From Mobula hypostoma (lineage: Eukaryota): 64,000 nt of DNA. Numbering within the stretch: the first letter of the stretch is position 1; each line of letters starts with the position of its first letter. Under the pieces are notes generated by a model. The model did not search any database. It was not told the DNA's origin and saw nothing but the letters and a program-made list of their open reading frames with translations. The stretch lies in assembly GCF_963921235.1 (NCBI RefSeq), contig NC_086098.1, forward strand, positions 142,786,001 to 142,850,000, given 5' to 3'. Position numbers and translations under genes: made by a program. This document shows positions 12,172 to 25,075 of this stretch, in pieces.

Positions 12172-12899
12172 TACCTCTTCCTATAGATTCTGCCTGGCCT
12201 GCTGCGTTCACCAGCATTTTTTGTGTGTGTTGCTTGAAATTCCAACATCTGCAGATTTCCTTGTGTTTGCAAGAGTGAAATCTCTGTCTTGGTTAGAGAT
12301 TGTACATGCATTTAGACACTTGCATAGACTGAAGGTGTACTCTTATAGAAAGACGTGAAGACCAAAGCTACAAAGACTGAAATCAGCATATTCTTTCGCG
12401 TACATATAACTGAATTTTTTTTCTCACCTTCCGCCCAGTTGTAAATGCTGTCACCTTCAAGAGGCCTAATCCAATCTTGAAGTGGAAGAATTACTCATCA
12501 TTTTTACCACCTCCCTCCTTTTCAGTTCTGAAGCTCTCGCACACTCGCACCACCAACCAAGGGCCCATTGTATTTCAACTTTCCAGCATCTGCAGTTTTC
12601 TCGCCCAATGGATTACTGCGGCTGGATTCTGTCTGCTGCAAAAAAGATGAAGATCAAAGAAATACTAAAGAGCTGGTGAGAGATAAGTCAACTTCACGCA
12701 TTCTTGTTTGATGATCTCAGCTGCATTCTTCTGCAATTACCAGGGAACCGTACCTTTCGCAGCACATTTGAATAATAAAAGTCCAGAGCTGTTTCAGAAT
12801 TTACTCAGCAGCCTTAACCTTGGCTGTTGGCCCTGACAGACCTGTGATGCTTCCTGCAAATGTCATTGACTTCAGAGAAGAAATTCTAACATCCTAAGG

Positions 12900-13390
12900 T
12901 GCAACCCCTTAGCCTCCAAGCTGATGGCATGAATAATGATATACTATATCCGTCCGGGCATAAAAAATCCCTCTCCCTCTCCTCTTTTTCTATTCCCCCC
13001 GTGGCTTCTTACCATAGTCATAGTCATACTTTATTGATCCGGGGGGAATCAATTGCCTCTCCTCACCTGCCTGTCACCTCCCGCTGATTCCCTTCTTCCC
13101 TTCTTTTCTCCTATGGTCCACTCTCCTCTCCTATCAGATTCCTTCCTCTCCAGCCCTTTACCTTTCCCACCCACCTGGTTTCACCTATCACCTCCAGCTA
13201 TCCTCCTTCCCCTCTCCTCACCTTTTTATTCTGACATCATCCTCCTTCCTTTCCAGCCCTGAAGAAGGGACTCGGCCCGAAACGTCTACTATTCATTTCC
13301 ATAGACGCTGCCTGACCTGCGGAGGTCTTCCACCATTTTGTGTGGGTTGCTCTGGACTTGCAGCATCTGCAGAATCTCTTGTGTTTATGT
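12900..13390 (+). mobile_element. Penelope-like 3' end and pseudo-LTR (second subfamily)
   Basis: SLQADGMN remnant, C/T-rich UTR, hammerhead motif and the gctgcctgacctgc...cagcatctgcaga tail. Confidence 0.8.
13255..13290 (+). ncRNA. Hammerhead motif with intact core and poor stem I
   Basis: CTGAAGA-A-GGGactcggCCC-GAAACGTC at 13259-13286. Confidence 0.65.
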
Positions 13391-14549
13391 GGAGTGTCAG
13401 ACTTTACTCCTTATAATGATTTCAGTTACTCTCCAAGCGATTTGAAAGAAACAAACCTACTGAGGTTCGTTTGTCTCAGCCTCTCCACTTCACGTTTAAG
13501 TTGCTTCCTTTTTCATTCCTTTTCATCTCAAAACTATTTGTTGACTTTTGAAACTTACCCCTTGATGAGAGATCATCATTGAACAGAATAGAGGTGGATA
13601 AATTATTCCCGGCCCCTATGCTGAAAGCATGCAACCAGCGTGCAAATCAACCACAATGTGTATCCAGTGCTGTCTTTCTCCTCTCCTGGTGAGCATACAC
13701 CAACCACTAATTTGTTCATTAACTGTGACGATTTGTCACCAGAGCAAGGTGCAGTCAATTCTTTAGTAGGAGTCAAAGAGTTATAGCTGCTCAGAGAGTG
13801 GACATTCGGTCCATCAAGTCCCTGCCATCTTCTCGTGCAACCAGTCAGTCCTATGTCCCACTTTTCTGTGCTGGATAGAGGCTTTTTCACTTTTTGTCAG
13901 TCAGGACTGGAAGCAAGCCTGCTGTGGGTGGAGGTTTACAAAGTGTTCCTTCCAGCATCCATCGACAACATTTCCATCCTGAAGAGCTTACCCTTGCCTT
14001 AGGCTCTCAGTGAGGTAGGACCTTAGGTATTTGGGCCAGGGGTGGCTTTTACACCACTGAAAACCCATACACGTCATGACACTCTGCTGTTCTATGCCAT
14101 CATTCTTCAGGCCCCAAGGTCTCTGCAGGACCTTTGCCTTAAGGTGACTGTAAAGCTGTTTCGTTTCACTAATGGGGGGTAAATCTTGCAATCTAGGTGC
14201 TCCTTGCATTTGCAGTTAATTAATTTATCAATCTTGACATTCTCATCAAACCTGTTTTGGTTCTTTGTGTTAAAGAGTCTCTCCACGAGGCAGACATCAG
14301 GGCAACCCCCTTAAGGTGTGGATGCTTGGCAGTTCCTATAGGCTGGGAGTTGACACCCTCTGTGGCAGTATCTGGGAAGATCCAGCTTCGGAGTCTTAGT
14401 TTGACACTCATCTTCCTCCAGCAATGCTTCTGTTGATATTGATGTATTTTGGCCAGGTTGATAAAGGTGATTGTCAGAGACTCTCCTACCTGAGAAAAAG
14501 ACTGTGGCAATCCACCTTATTCAAGCACTTACTGTATTTTTTAACTTCC

Positions 14550-15240
14550 ATAGGTCACCACTCAGCCTCCTTCACTCCAGGAAAACAGTCCCCAACCTGA
14601 CTTCTCTTTCCTTGTAACTCAAGGCCTCCAGCTGCTGGCAAAATCCTTGTGAATCTTTTCTGCACCCTCTCTAGTTTAATCACAATGGAAAGCTCACCAG
14701 AATTGCATGTAATTTTCAAGGTGCAATCTCACCAATGCCTTGTACAGCTATATCATAAAGTCCCAATCCTTGTAGCCAATGTCCCATCAAGTCTTGCCAT
14801 CTTGTTGTTTTGAAGCTTTTTCACCATCTTGTTTACCTGTGTTGTCATCGTCAGGAAACTATTCACTTGTACACCTACATCTCTCCTCAGGACCATGTGT
14901 ATGTCCTGCCTTGGTTTATCTTCTCAAAATGCTGACCTCACGCTTGCCTGAGTAAATTCTATCTGCCATTCTTTTGCCCGATTTCCCAGTTGAGCTGGAT
15001 CCCGTTTTAGCCTTAGAAAACCTTCTTCCCTGTTCATCATAATTTATTAATCATTTTCATCCGGATTGTTAATATAGGTAACAAACAACAGAGGACCTGG
15101 AGCACGCCACTGGCCACTGACTCGACTGAGCAACCCTGCATTACCAGCCTCTGGCTCCTTCCACCAAGCGAATGTAATATCCATGAATCGGTCTACTATG
15201 CGAAACCTTATCAAAGGCCTTGTTAAAGTCCAGCAGTTTA
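14550..15240 (-). mobile_element. Old CR1 fragment
   Basis: Decayed CR1-like DNA (ggtcaccactcagcctcc, cttgtgaatcttttctgcaccctctc, accttatcaaaggccttgttaaagtcca). Confidence 0.6.
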
Positions 15241-16587
15241 TCTCCGTTTGAGTTGTGGACCAGGATCTTTTGTGAGTTTGAATTAGAAGCCCTTGAAATA
15301 TTGCCTGAAGTTTTGGGAATTCAAGCGGATATGCTGCTGACTGCTGCAGTTAGCTCCATATTAGAGTGAGTGGAAGAGTCATATGATGTTCATTAAAACT
15401 GCAGGGTGTGTCACTGGATCAGCTCATTTATGACGGCGAGACTTACCCTGTAAAGATATTTCTTCTAGTTTCTGTCTGCACATTAAGATGTTCCTGCTGC
15501 CCCGTTTTTAAACCTGCCCATCTCCTACCCAATGTGTCTCAGACAATGTCGATGTCAGGTGACTGAGCTAAGATCACAGTTGGTCATTACTGGGGTTAGT
15601 CCAACAATATTCTGGTATTCTGGGTCCTGAAGTTCATTTTATAGAGTGGAAGTTGCCGAAACATATGCTTTCCTTCGAGGTGTTGCACACCAGCCACCTC
15701 GCAGCTTTGATCCAGTAGCAAGGGGGATCAAGGTGATGAGAAACCAGTTCACACTGCGTGGGAATTACGGCTCACACATAGCTAGCTACGTGTGAGCTTC
15801 AAGCGTAGGTGCTTTCCTGCATTGTGCTCATGAGCTTACACATGCATGCACGTGTGGTTCTGTGTACTCAGAAACTGGAGCCCATGAAGTTTCAGCAGCT
15901 CCCGAGCCCAACTGTAGGCTAGTCCCTATCCACAGGCTCTGCACGTTTAACCATATCCAGCAACCTCCATTTCGGCTTCATGTCTAATTACGTTCCTGAG
16001 CACTGACCACACCCGCACCCCCACCCCCCCCACCCCCCGACCCTGCAACTGGCCATGCTAGTTCACTTATACAGGACTTTGGTCTGACAAGGGATGGACT
16101 ATTATCAGCAGGATTATTTCACCTAACAGGGGGAGTGCAATGAAGGCTCACCACTCCGATTCATGGAGTGGCTGGACTGTCCTGCAAGCTGACACTGTAT
16201 TCATGGAGTCTAACAGAATGAGAGGTGGTTTCACCCAAACAAACAAATAAAAAATGGATCCTGACAAGCTGAATAGATTGGATACTCAGAGAATGTCTCC
16301 CATGGAGTGTCTAGGACAGGAGGTGAACGGAGCACTGAGAACAGGAGAAAAGTCTTCACACATAGGATGGTAAAACTGGAATTCACTACCATGGGAGAAG
16401 CCAGATACTGAATAAGAAGAACTCTGATAAATGTCCAGATGCAAAAAGTACAGGAGAGTGTGGGGAGAGAGCAAAAGTATGGTGTTAGGATATTTTGTCA
16501 GATATTATTTTCGTATTGAATAATGAACATGTTCAAGGGGCAAAATAACCAAATTCTGCTTCTATTTTTGTGTGTTATTCCATTGTT

Positions 16588-17737
16588 CAGTTCAGTTAGA
16601 CAACCTCTCCTCCTCCACTCTCACCCTGAACACCGGCGTGCCTCAAGGCTGTGTGCTGAGCCCTCCCTTTTACTCCCTTTACTGAGTACTCCCACTGAGT
16701 ACTAACAGACCCCAATCAGTTAAGTTAGACAACCTCTCCTCCTCCACTCACCCTGAACACTGGCGTGCCTCAAAGCTGTGTGCTGAGCCCTCTTCTGTAC
16801 TCCCTTTTACCTATGACTGCGTTCCTGTACATGTTTCTAACTCCATAATCAAGTTCGCAGACGACACCACGGTGGTTGGTCTGATCAGAGGGGATGACGA
16901 GACGGCCTACAGGGACGAGGTCCAGCACCTGGCCGCGTGGTGTGCCGATGACAATCTGGCCCTTAAAACCCAGAAGGCCAAAGGAGGTCATTGTGGACTT
17001 CAGGCATGCCAGGAGTCACACTCACACCCCCATCTACATCAACGGAGCTGTAATGGGGCATGTATCAAGCTTCAAATTCCTTGGTGTCCACATTTCCGAG
17101 GAACTCACCTGGTCCCTGAACTCCTCCATCCTGATCAAAAAGGTGCAACAGCACCTTTATTTCCCGCGGAGCATCAAGAAAGCTCACCTCTGTCCCTGGA
17201 TACTGACGGACTTTTACCGCTGTACCATTGAGAGCATACTCACCAACTGCATCTCAGTGTGATTTGGCAATTGTCCCGTATCAGACCGCAAAGCACTCCA
17301 GCGTGTGGTGAAAACTGCCCAGCGGATTATCGGCACCCAATTGCCCACCATTGAGAACATCTACCATAAACACTGCCTGGGCAGGGTGAAAAGCATTATC
17401 AAGGATGCATCTCACCCTAACCATGGACTTTTTACTCTCCTCCCATCCGGTAGGCGCTACAGGAACCTCCGCTCCCACACCAGCAGGCACAGGAAGAGCT
17501 TCTTCCCTGAGGCTGTGACCCTGCTGAACCTCACATCACAGCGCTAAGCAGTATTGCACCCATATTGTACTGTCTCAGTACTTTTATATTTGTGTGCTGT
17601 AGCACTTTTTTATTCGCAGTTATTTTGTAAATAACACTATTCTTTGCATTTCTGATCAGATGCTAAATGCATTTTATTGGCTTTGTATCTGTACTCGGGA
17701 CAATGACAATAAAGTTGAATCTAATCTAATCTAATCT
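16588..17737 (+). mobile_element. Rex1/Babar LINE 3' half (RT) with duplicated 5' junction
   Basis: GVPQGCVLSP-like and KFADDTTVVGLI motifs; ORFs 16894-17262 and 17305-17547 (IIKDASHPNHGLFTLLPSGRRYR); (AATCT)4 tail at 17718-17737. Confidence 0.92.
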
Positions 17738-18009
17738 ACTTGTTCATTGTGGTAAACATGTTACAGATGACCTGCAACTCACTTACCCTTCCTTTTTTCC
17801 TTACCCAAATGACTATACTTAAGGTCACCTAGTGGCCAGACTCGGACATCCAGTGACAACGACTGCTTTTGTTTGGAAATGCGTTGAGCTCTCAGTTCAC
17901 CTGACCTGGCTTTGTATTTTGTAAATGTTTTTCAACAGAGATATTACGGTCTCTTACATTAAGAAACACAGGTCACTTCACAAGGCCTATGGTAACTGCT
18001 GTCTTCTTA

Positions 18010-18342
18010 TTTTGAGTGGCTTGATAGGGGTGATCAGTGCGGTCTGGGGCGCTTCAGTGAAGAACGCTTTGCCCTGCTGCCTGCTGCAGTGGGTCGTTGG
18101 CGTGAAGCGGAACTGAACTCACTGACATGCGACTGCACTCCTGGCTCGGTGTTCGACATTCTTTGTCTTGCCCGCTTGCTTTTTGCCGTTTGCGCAATTT
18201 GTTCTTTTTTCCGCTCATTGGCAGTTGACGTTTTCTTGAACGGGTTCCGTGGTGTTCCTTTGTTTTGTACCCGCCTGTGGGAGGACAGATCTCAGAGCTG
18301 GACTCCGTATTACTACTTTGATAATAAATGCACTTTGAGTCG
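18010..18342 (+). mobile_element. Non-coding retroposon with a Rex1-like 3' tail
   Basis: Ends in tactttgataataaatgcactttga. The same tail type occurs on the minus strand at about 60920-61400, 53310-53450 and 62620-62860. Confidence 0.55.
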
Positions 18343-19693
18343 TTATCTTCAGGTCTGCAACGCATCATGCAATGCCCTTACTGTGAGTAAAGATCTGCTG
18401 CATGGAGAGTGGACACCTGGCTTCTCTAATTTGGGAAGCATAACCACCGCCTTCCCTTTCTTTTCATGCTGCCTTTTAATTACCACCCAACCTTAGAGAG
18501 CAGTAATGCAAGTTGAACCTGCTATTAGGCTGGAACCAAGATTGCAAGTTACATTTGCAGAAGCTTTAGATGTACTGTGATCAGTCATGGAGAAAAATGA
18601 CTAATATCAGTGTACTGGTCACCTACTTCCCACCACGCCTTTGCTCCATTTATCTCACCCTCTCTAACTATAATAATGACTGTTCCATTTAGAAAGACAG
18701 CTGGAAATTGTTACACGATTGTAATTTTGGCTAATAACAAATGTTGCCAGTTTCACTGCTGGTGAATGAAAGATTTAGATAAAGACTCCCAAAGAGAGGC
18801 AAAACATTGGAAGTACCACTTAGAAATTAGCTAAGGTGCAGATTAACACTGCAGAAGCAGTAACATCTCTCTGTTTTATAAGCAGACACGGACAAATGTA
18901 AAACAAATTATGTTTGAAGCTATGAAGGGCGTTTTGATGGTCAAAGTTAGTCACGGGTGGCTGTAACAGGAGGAAAATTCGCGATTGATTTCAGTTTGGT
19001 GGTTTGTAAAAATTGCACTGGGCAACGAATTTCCTCTGAATTCACACACATGTCAGAGAATCCCCGACCGGTCAGGCATGCCCTTTAGCTTTCTATGTAA
19101 AAGCAGCAGATGTCGCCAGCTGCCAAGCGAATTTCACAATCACAGGGTGCAGAGCTTTGCTCTTGCTATTCTGTACTGAGGTATTAATATTTGTACTATC
19201 CAGGAACTCAACTCTTCCGAGCAGAGGTAGAGGGGTCCAAACTAAGGATGAATAATTCTGTCACTGCGATAATTATAAACTTGAAGACTGACAGGTCGAT
19301 CTTTGTGACCTGGTAGCTTATTTTCTAACGTGTATCTGTTGAGGCGATATGAAGAAGTGACACAATGAGAATTTGCATTGTTAACTCATTTCCCTTGCTA
19401 TTTAAATCCAGATTTCTATTCATTTTTTGCCAATTTTTCCCTTTTGGTGGTTACCCACACCAGAGTGCAAAACAAATACTTAAACATTTTAAGAAAATTG
19501 TTAATGCAACTTGTGAAATTACTTCCTGTGCAAATCTTATCCAGAAACATTCCTCACTTGACTGCTCACGTTCCTGGTCCACTCAGCCATCACCTCAGCC
19601 CCTCTGCCACCCTGCAGCCTATCATAAACAACTCAGTCCTTTGCTAATTGACCATCTTCTGGCACCATAGAGCACTCCTATTAAGGTTTAACC

Positions 19694-21145
19694 CAGGGGT
19701 CGGCAACCTTTTTGCCTCTGTGGGCTGGATCACGTATTAATGAGCGGACAGTGGGCCAGATAAATGCCATAAAAAAACTTGAAATATGGGAATTATCCAT
19801 TTAAATACATCTAGTTATGTTTTGCCTCAAATTAATGAATAACGCATGCTAGAAAATCACTTGTGCTTAACCAAGAATGCCAATTAGTAATCAAAGGACT
19901 CAGTTTAGCTGCAATTTATTTCAATCAAGGCATCTTTTGAATCTATTAAAAGGACACAAAGAATCTTTAAACATAAAACGTATGAACATAAAGCATTGAG
20001 TGGTGGTAAATTAAGTTTAATAAAAAGAAAATTTGAATACAAACAGTCGATAAATCAATATGAAACTTGATGCTGTTTGTTGCTTGAAAGCTTCTCAATA
20101 TTGGGTGTCAGACCTGTTGCTAAGAGCAAGACATTATCCAGATGGGCATCAGTCACTCTTGTTCTCAAATGGTTCTTGGTGTGCTTCATTTTTGAAAATA
20201 ATTGCTCACACAGATAAGTGCTGCCAAACAATGATGCCACCTTTTTTTGCATGGTCCAGTAAGTTAGGATACTTCCCACGTGGGTGAATATATTTTCTAT
20301 AGAAGTCAAGCACTGACACATCTTCAGAATGAAATTTTGATCTCAATATGTCGTCACACTGCATCTCAATCAATTCCATTTGAAACATTTTTGATGCAGT
20401 GCCCACTTTTTGAGACAGTACGTTTTGAGACTTCGTAGCTGGTACAGGTATTTCCTTCATTTTCACTGCTTTTCTTGGCAAAAAATGATGTTTGTTTTCC
20501 GAAACAAGCCTTCATTCACTCAACTTCATCTTTCCTTGCTTGCCCAGTAAACTTGTTAAAATTTCCACTATGGCTGGTCTCGTAACGTCGCCTGATATTT
20601 GCCACCTTCTTCGCAACAACCTTTTCTAGGCAAATGAGACAAACTGGTTTCCCAGCTTGCTCGATGAAGAAGTAATCTAGTGTCCAAGTCTCTTGGAAAT
20701 TTCGGCACACAGTGTCTACCTTTGTACGTTTTGCATTCATTGCCATTGGAATTTTTTCTTCAATTTTATTTCAAAACACGAGTTATTGAACAAGTATCAT
20801 AGCACATGTAAATATCTAGATATTTAGCGTGGATTTCTTGTTAAAACACAGTGATGCTGTTTCTGTTTACAAATTTGAATGATCCCATCTGAAAACCTGC
20901 GCATGCATGGAGAGTATCTAGGGTAATAAGGTATCTGCCTTCCCGTCATTCACATATACGAGTATTTGGTTTGGAACAAGACGGAACTTGGGGCCAGTGT
21001 AACAAGACGCCATGCATGTCCGTCAGTGTGGTCGCATGAAACACTCAGAATAAGGAAAAATCGCTCGCAGGCCGGATAAGCGTAGTATCCCAATATTTGC
21101 TCGCAGGCCGGATCTGGCCTACAGGCCGTAGGTTGTCTACCCCTG
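19694..21145 (-). mobile_element. hAT transposon (SPIN/Charlie-like), internally deleted
   Basis: TIRs caggggtcggcaacct / aggttgtctacccctg; perfect 8-bp TSD gtttaacc at 19686-19693 and 21146-21153. Transposase N-terminus (KVD..CR.FQE.W..DYFF...KPVCLIC) and C-terminus (SLFGSTYLCEQLFSKMK...R.R.TDAHL). Confidence 0.95.
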
Positions 21146-21764
21146 GTTTAACCCATTCCCACAAATTAGTTCCTTATTAGATCTCTTGACCTGACACATT
21201 AGTTTTTCTTTCCACAGATGCTGCCTGACTTGCTGAATGTTTCCTCCAGTATTTACTGTCTTTATTTCAGATTTTTGTCATCTGCGTTTCTTCTTAATCC
21301 GCCATTAGCTCACAACTGTGACCAGAGTGCAATATCGTTCCTCACACACAACATCTCCCATACTTTGATTTCCTTAATATTGTAATTATTTATTTTTATT
21401 CTACCTCAAAATACATGCTCACAACTTGTAGTTCCAATATGAAATGTGCTTCCTTATTTTCCTAAATCCACCTTTCAGGTTTGTATTTGTGTACAATATT
21501 GATTTAACTTGGTGTGTGTGTGGGGGAGGGGGCATGGTGTGGGTGGGTGACGAGTGTGATAACCAACAGAGGTATCTCCCCTTGTACAAGATCTTCCATC
21601 CATGGTACTTTCCCTCGTCCAAGCAACCAGGAAGCAACAACCATACAGAACTTCAAACGTCACATGAACCTAGCTGACTACTTAGTGACATATCATTTTT
21701 GGCTATGTTACAAATTCACACCTATCTTACGTTAACTGTTGATGCTAACTTTCCATTTTCACTA

Positions 21765-22182
21765 CTTCTTCCTCCCAACCATTGAGCACATCTACATGAA
21801 ACATTGCCGTAAGAAAGCAGCATTCGTTATCAAAGATCCTCACCACTCGGGCCGTGCTCTCTTCTTACTACCCCCTTCAGGTAGAAGCCTCAGGACTTCC
21901 ACCACCAGGTTTGAGAACAGTCACAGCCCCTCAACCATCAGGCTCCTGAACAAAAGGGGATAACTACACTCATTTACGAACTCTTTTATCCTGCTTTCTC
22001 ATGCTCATTATTTATTGCTATTTAATTATATCCACATTTGCACAGTTTGTTGTCGAATGATATTGTTTACAGTGACTGTTCTATAGATTTGCTAAGTATG
22101 CCCGCAGAAAAAGAATCTCAGGGTTGTATGTGGTGACATGTACATACACTGATAATAAATTTTTTACTTTGACCTTGACCTT
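21765..22182 (+). mobile_element. Rex1-like 3' fragment
   Basis: ORF 21739-21963 (LPTIEHIYMKHCRKKAAFVIKDPHHSGRALFLLPPSG). Confidence 0.8.
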
Positions 22183-22311
22183 ATCTTTCTTTGGGAAGAA
22201 GAGCTCGCAAACTACACCTCCAATAATTGCTCACCCTCCTCCTGATTTGAAATCCAGGTCATTCTTTGTTGGGAATCTAAGCAGAAAGGATGGGATGACT
22301 TTTCCCTTCCC

Positions 22312-24550
22312 TGACATAGAACATAGAACAGTACAGCCTAGTGCAGGTCCTTTGGCCCACAGTGTTGTGACAATTTTTTTAACTGAAAATCAATCTGAGG
22401 CTTCCCTCCCTCATAGTCCTCAATTTTTCCTCCATCCATGTGCCATCTAAGAGCCTTTTAAATGTCCTTAATGCATCTGACCCTACCACCACCACTACTG
22501 TTCACACACTTACTCCTCTCTGTGTTAAAAACCCGCATCTGACATCCCCTCCCAATCACCTTAGAAGGATGTCCTCTAATTTAGCCATCTCTACCCTGAG
22601 AAAAGGCATTGGCTGTCCACTTTATTGATTCCCCTTATCAGCTTATACACTTCCATCAAATCACCTCTCATCGTCCTTCACTCCAAAGAGAAAAGCCCTA
22701 GCTCACTCAACCTTTCCTCATAAGACATACTCTCTAATCCAAGCAGCATCCTGGTAAATCTCCTCTGCACCCTCTCTAAAGCTTCCACATCCTTCCTATA
22801 ATAAAGTGACACAATACTCCAAATGTAGTCTAACACTACCTTCCAGCTCTTGAGTTCAATCCCTCGACTAATGAAGGCCAACACCTTCTGAACAATCCTA
22901 TCCAATTTACATGGCAACTTTGAGGGATCTATGGATGTGGACTCTAAGATGCCTCTGTCCCTGCACACTACTAAGATTCCTGCTGTTAACCATGTATCTG
23001 CTAGGTTCAATTTTCCAGAGTATCATTTCACATTTCTCCTGGTTGTAATCTATCTGCCATTTCTCAGTCCAGTTCTACACTCTATCAATGTCCCATTGTA
23101 ACCTATGACAGCCTTCTACACCATCCACATCATCAGCATGTTATCTGCAAACCTACTAACCCACCCTTTCACTTCCTAATCTAAATAATTAATAATTATC
23201 ACAAAGAGTAGAGGTGCCAGAATTTAACTGGTCATGGACCTCCAGGCAGATTATATTGCATCTGTTACCACTCTCTACCCCCTGTGGACAAGCAAATTCT
23301 GAATCCACACAGACAGGCTTCCCTGGATCCCGTGCCTCCTAGTTTTCTGAATGAACCTAGCATGGGGAACCTTGAGAAGTGGCTTGCTAAAATCCATATG
23401 TACCACATACACTACTCTACCTTCATCGATCGTTTTGTCACCTCCTCAAAGAATTTAGTCAGGCTTATGAGGCACGACCTGCCCCTCACAAAGCCATGCT
23501 GACTATCCCTAATAAGACTATGCTTCTACAAATGCTCATAAATTCTGTCTCTAAGAATACTGTTTAATAATTCGCCCACCGCTGAAGTAAGACCCACTGT
23601 TTATAATTACCAGGATTATCCCTAAATACCTTTTTTGAAGAAAGGGAATATATTTGACATATTTCAATCTTTCAGTACTATCCTTGAAGCCAGTGAGAAT
23701 TCAATGGTAATCTCCAAAGGTACAGCAATCTCTTCCCTCACTTCCCATAGTAACGTGGGGAGGGAAAGTGTTCATTAAGGATCTTCTGTACCTTCTCTGA
23801 GTCAAGGTGGATGCTTCCTCTTCTATCCCTGATCAGTTCTATCCTCACTCTAGCCATCTTCCTGTTCTTCACTTACATGTACTTAGAATGCCTTGGCGTT
23901 TTCCTTAATTCTGCTTGCCAAGGTCTTCTCATGTTCCCTTCTAGCTATTCTAAGTCCCTTAAGCTCCTTTCTTATGACTCTTCAGAGGCCTGTCTGATCT
24001 TTGCTTCCTAAATCTGAAGTATGCTTCCTTCTTCTTCTTGACTAAATGTTCCACTTCTCTTGTCAACCATCATTCCTACATCCTACCTTCGTTTCCCTGC
24101 CTTAATGTGATAAACTTATCCAGAACCCCTGAACAACCTTCACATTCCCATTGTACATTAAATATCCTCATCTGAACGACTGCTCCCAAATTATGCTCTC
24201 AAGTTCCTGCCTAATACCATTATAAATAGCCCTCCCCCAACTAAATACTCTCCCATACCATCTACTTCTATTCCTGTCTGAGACTTTGATAATGGTTAGG
24301 GAGTTGTGTCCACTGTCTCCAAACTTCTCACCCACTGAGTGACCTGACAGCTGACCAGATTCATTGCCTAGTATTAAATACAGCATGTCCTCTCCTTTTG
24401 TCGGCTTGTCCACGTACTTCCTGGACACACCTAACAAACTCTGCCCCATCTCAACCTTTTCAACCTTTTGCACAAATGAGGAAGTTTCAGGGAAGTTGAA
24501 GTCACTTATGACACAACCCTGTTATCTTTGCACCTTTCTAAAATAAAACC
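22312..24550 (-). mobile_element. Long decayed CR1 ORF2 fragment
   Basis: ORF 22678-23010 (YRKDVEALERVQRRFTRML..LGLFSLE) and ORF 24168-24473 (YVDKPTKGED.L.LILGNE..GEKFGDSGHN). Confidence 0.88.
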
Positions 24551-24661
24551 TTTCCTAAGAAGTTCAGTGTGCATTTGCCAGTGGTGCCCCAGCTTCCACA
24601 TCACCAGGGTTAAACTTGGGGAATTCCTGGACTGCGCAGTTCACTCCTTACATTCACCTCT

Positions 24662-25075
24662 TCATCATCATCATCATCATCAGGTGCCGTGCCCAGTTTG
24701 AGCTTTGACTGCCATGGCCCACACACTCCTGTTTCAGGTCAAGTGGATCAATTTATTGGTATTCATTTCCAGTTCTCTGGCTGCTGTCTCCATCATCATT
24801 TGTCTTTGTCTTCCTCTTGCTTTCTTCCTTTCAATCTTTCCCATAATTACCATGCGTTCTAAATCCCCTTTCCTAAGTAGCAAAGGTCCTGTACTTGTTT
24901 TATGTCTTCCCCGTTTATTCTCAGCCTGCAGATAGGATTCTCCTTCTTTTTGGATATCACCATATATTCTGTCTTTTTGCAATTGATAGATAGACCCATT
25001 TTTGCACTTTCTTCAACAATTATATCAATTAAGTTTTGTAGTTCTTCCTCTGTACTTGCAATTAACACCTCTTCA
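24662..25075 (-). mobile_element. RTE-BovB-like LINE 3' fragment with an internal deletion
   Basis: (CAT)n tail at 24662-24683; ORF 24859-25113 (VLIASTEEELQNLIDIIVEES.KMGLSINCKKTE.MV) and ORF 24734-24982 (GKIE.KKARGRQRQM). Confidence 0.9.

Larger units (their letters stand above)
11512..12271 (-). mobile_element. Penelope-like element with inverted pseudo-LTR
   Basis: Minus-strand 3' end (11512-12037) joined to a plus-strand pLTR copy (12038-12271). 14-bp TSD agagtgaaatctct at 11498-11511 and 12272-12285. Confidence 0.88.

Noticed and set aside
12526-12675. 150-nt plus-strand candidate coding exon
   Set aside because: Plausible acceptor, but it contains a Penelope-tail relic (ttccagcatctgcag) and the peptide is unrecognisable.
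21419-21640. Ig-like DEGKY / GRYLC motifs
   Set aside because: Wrong spacing, no other Ig-fold residues and no convincing splice sites.
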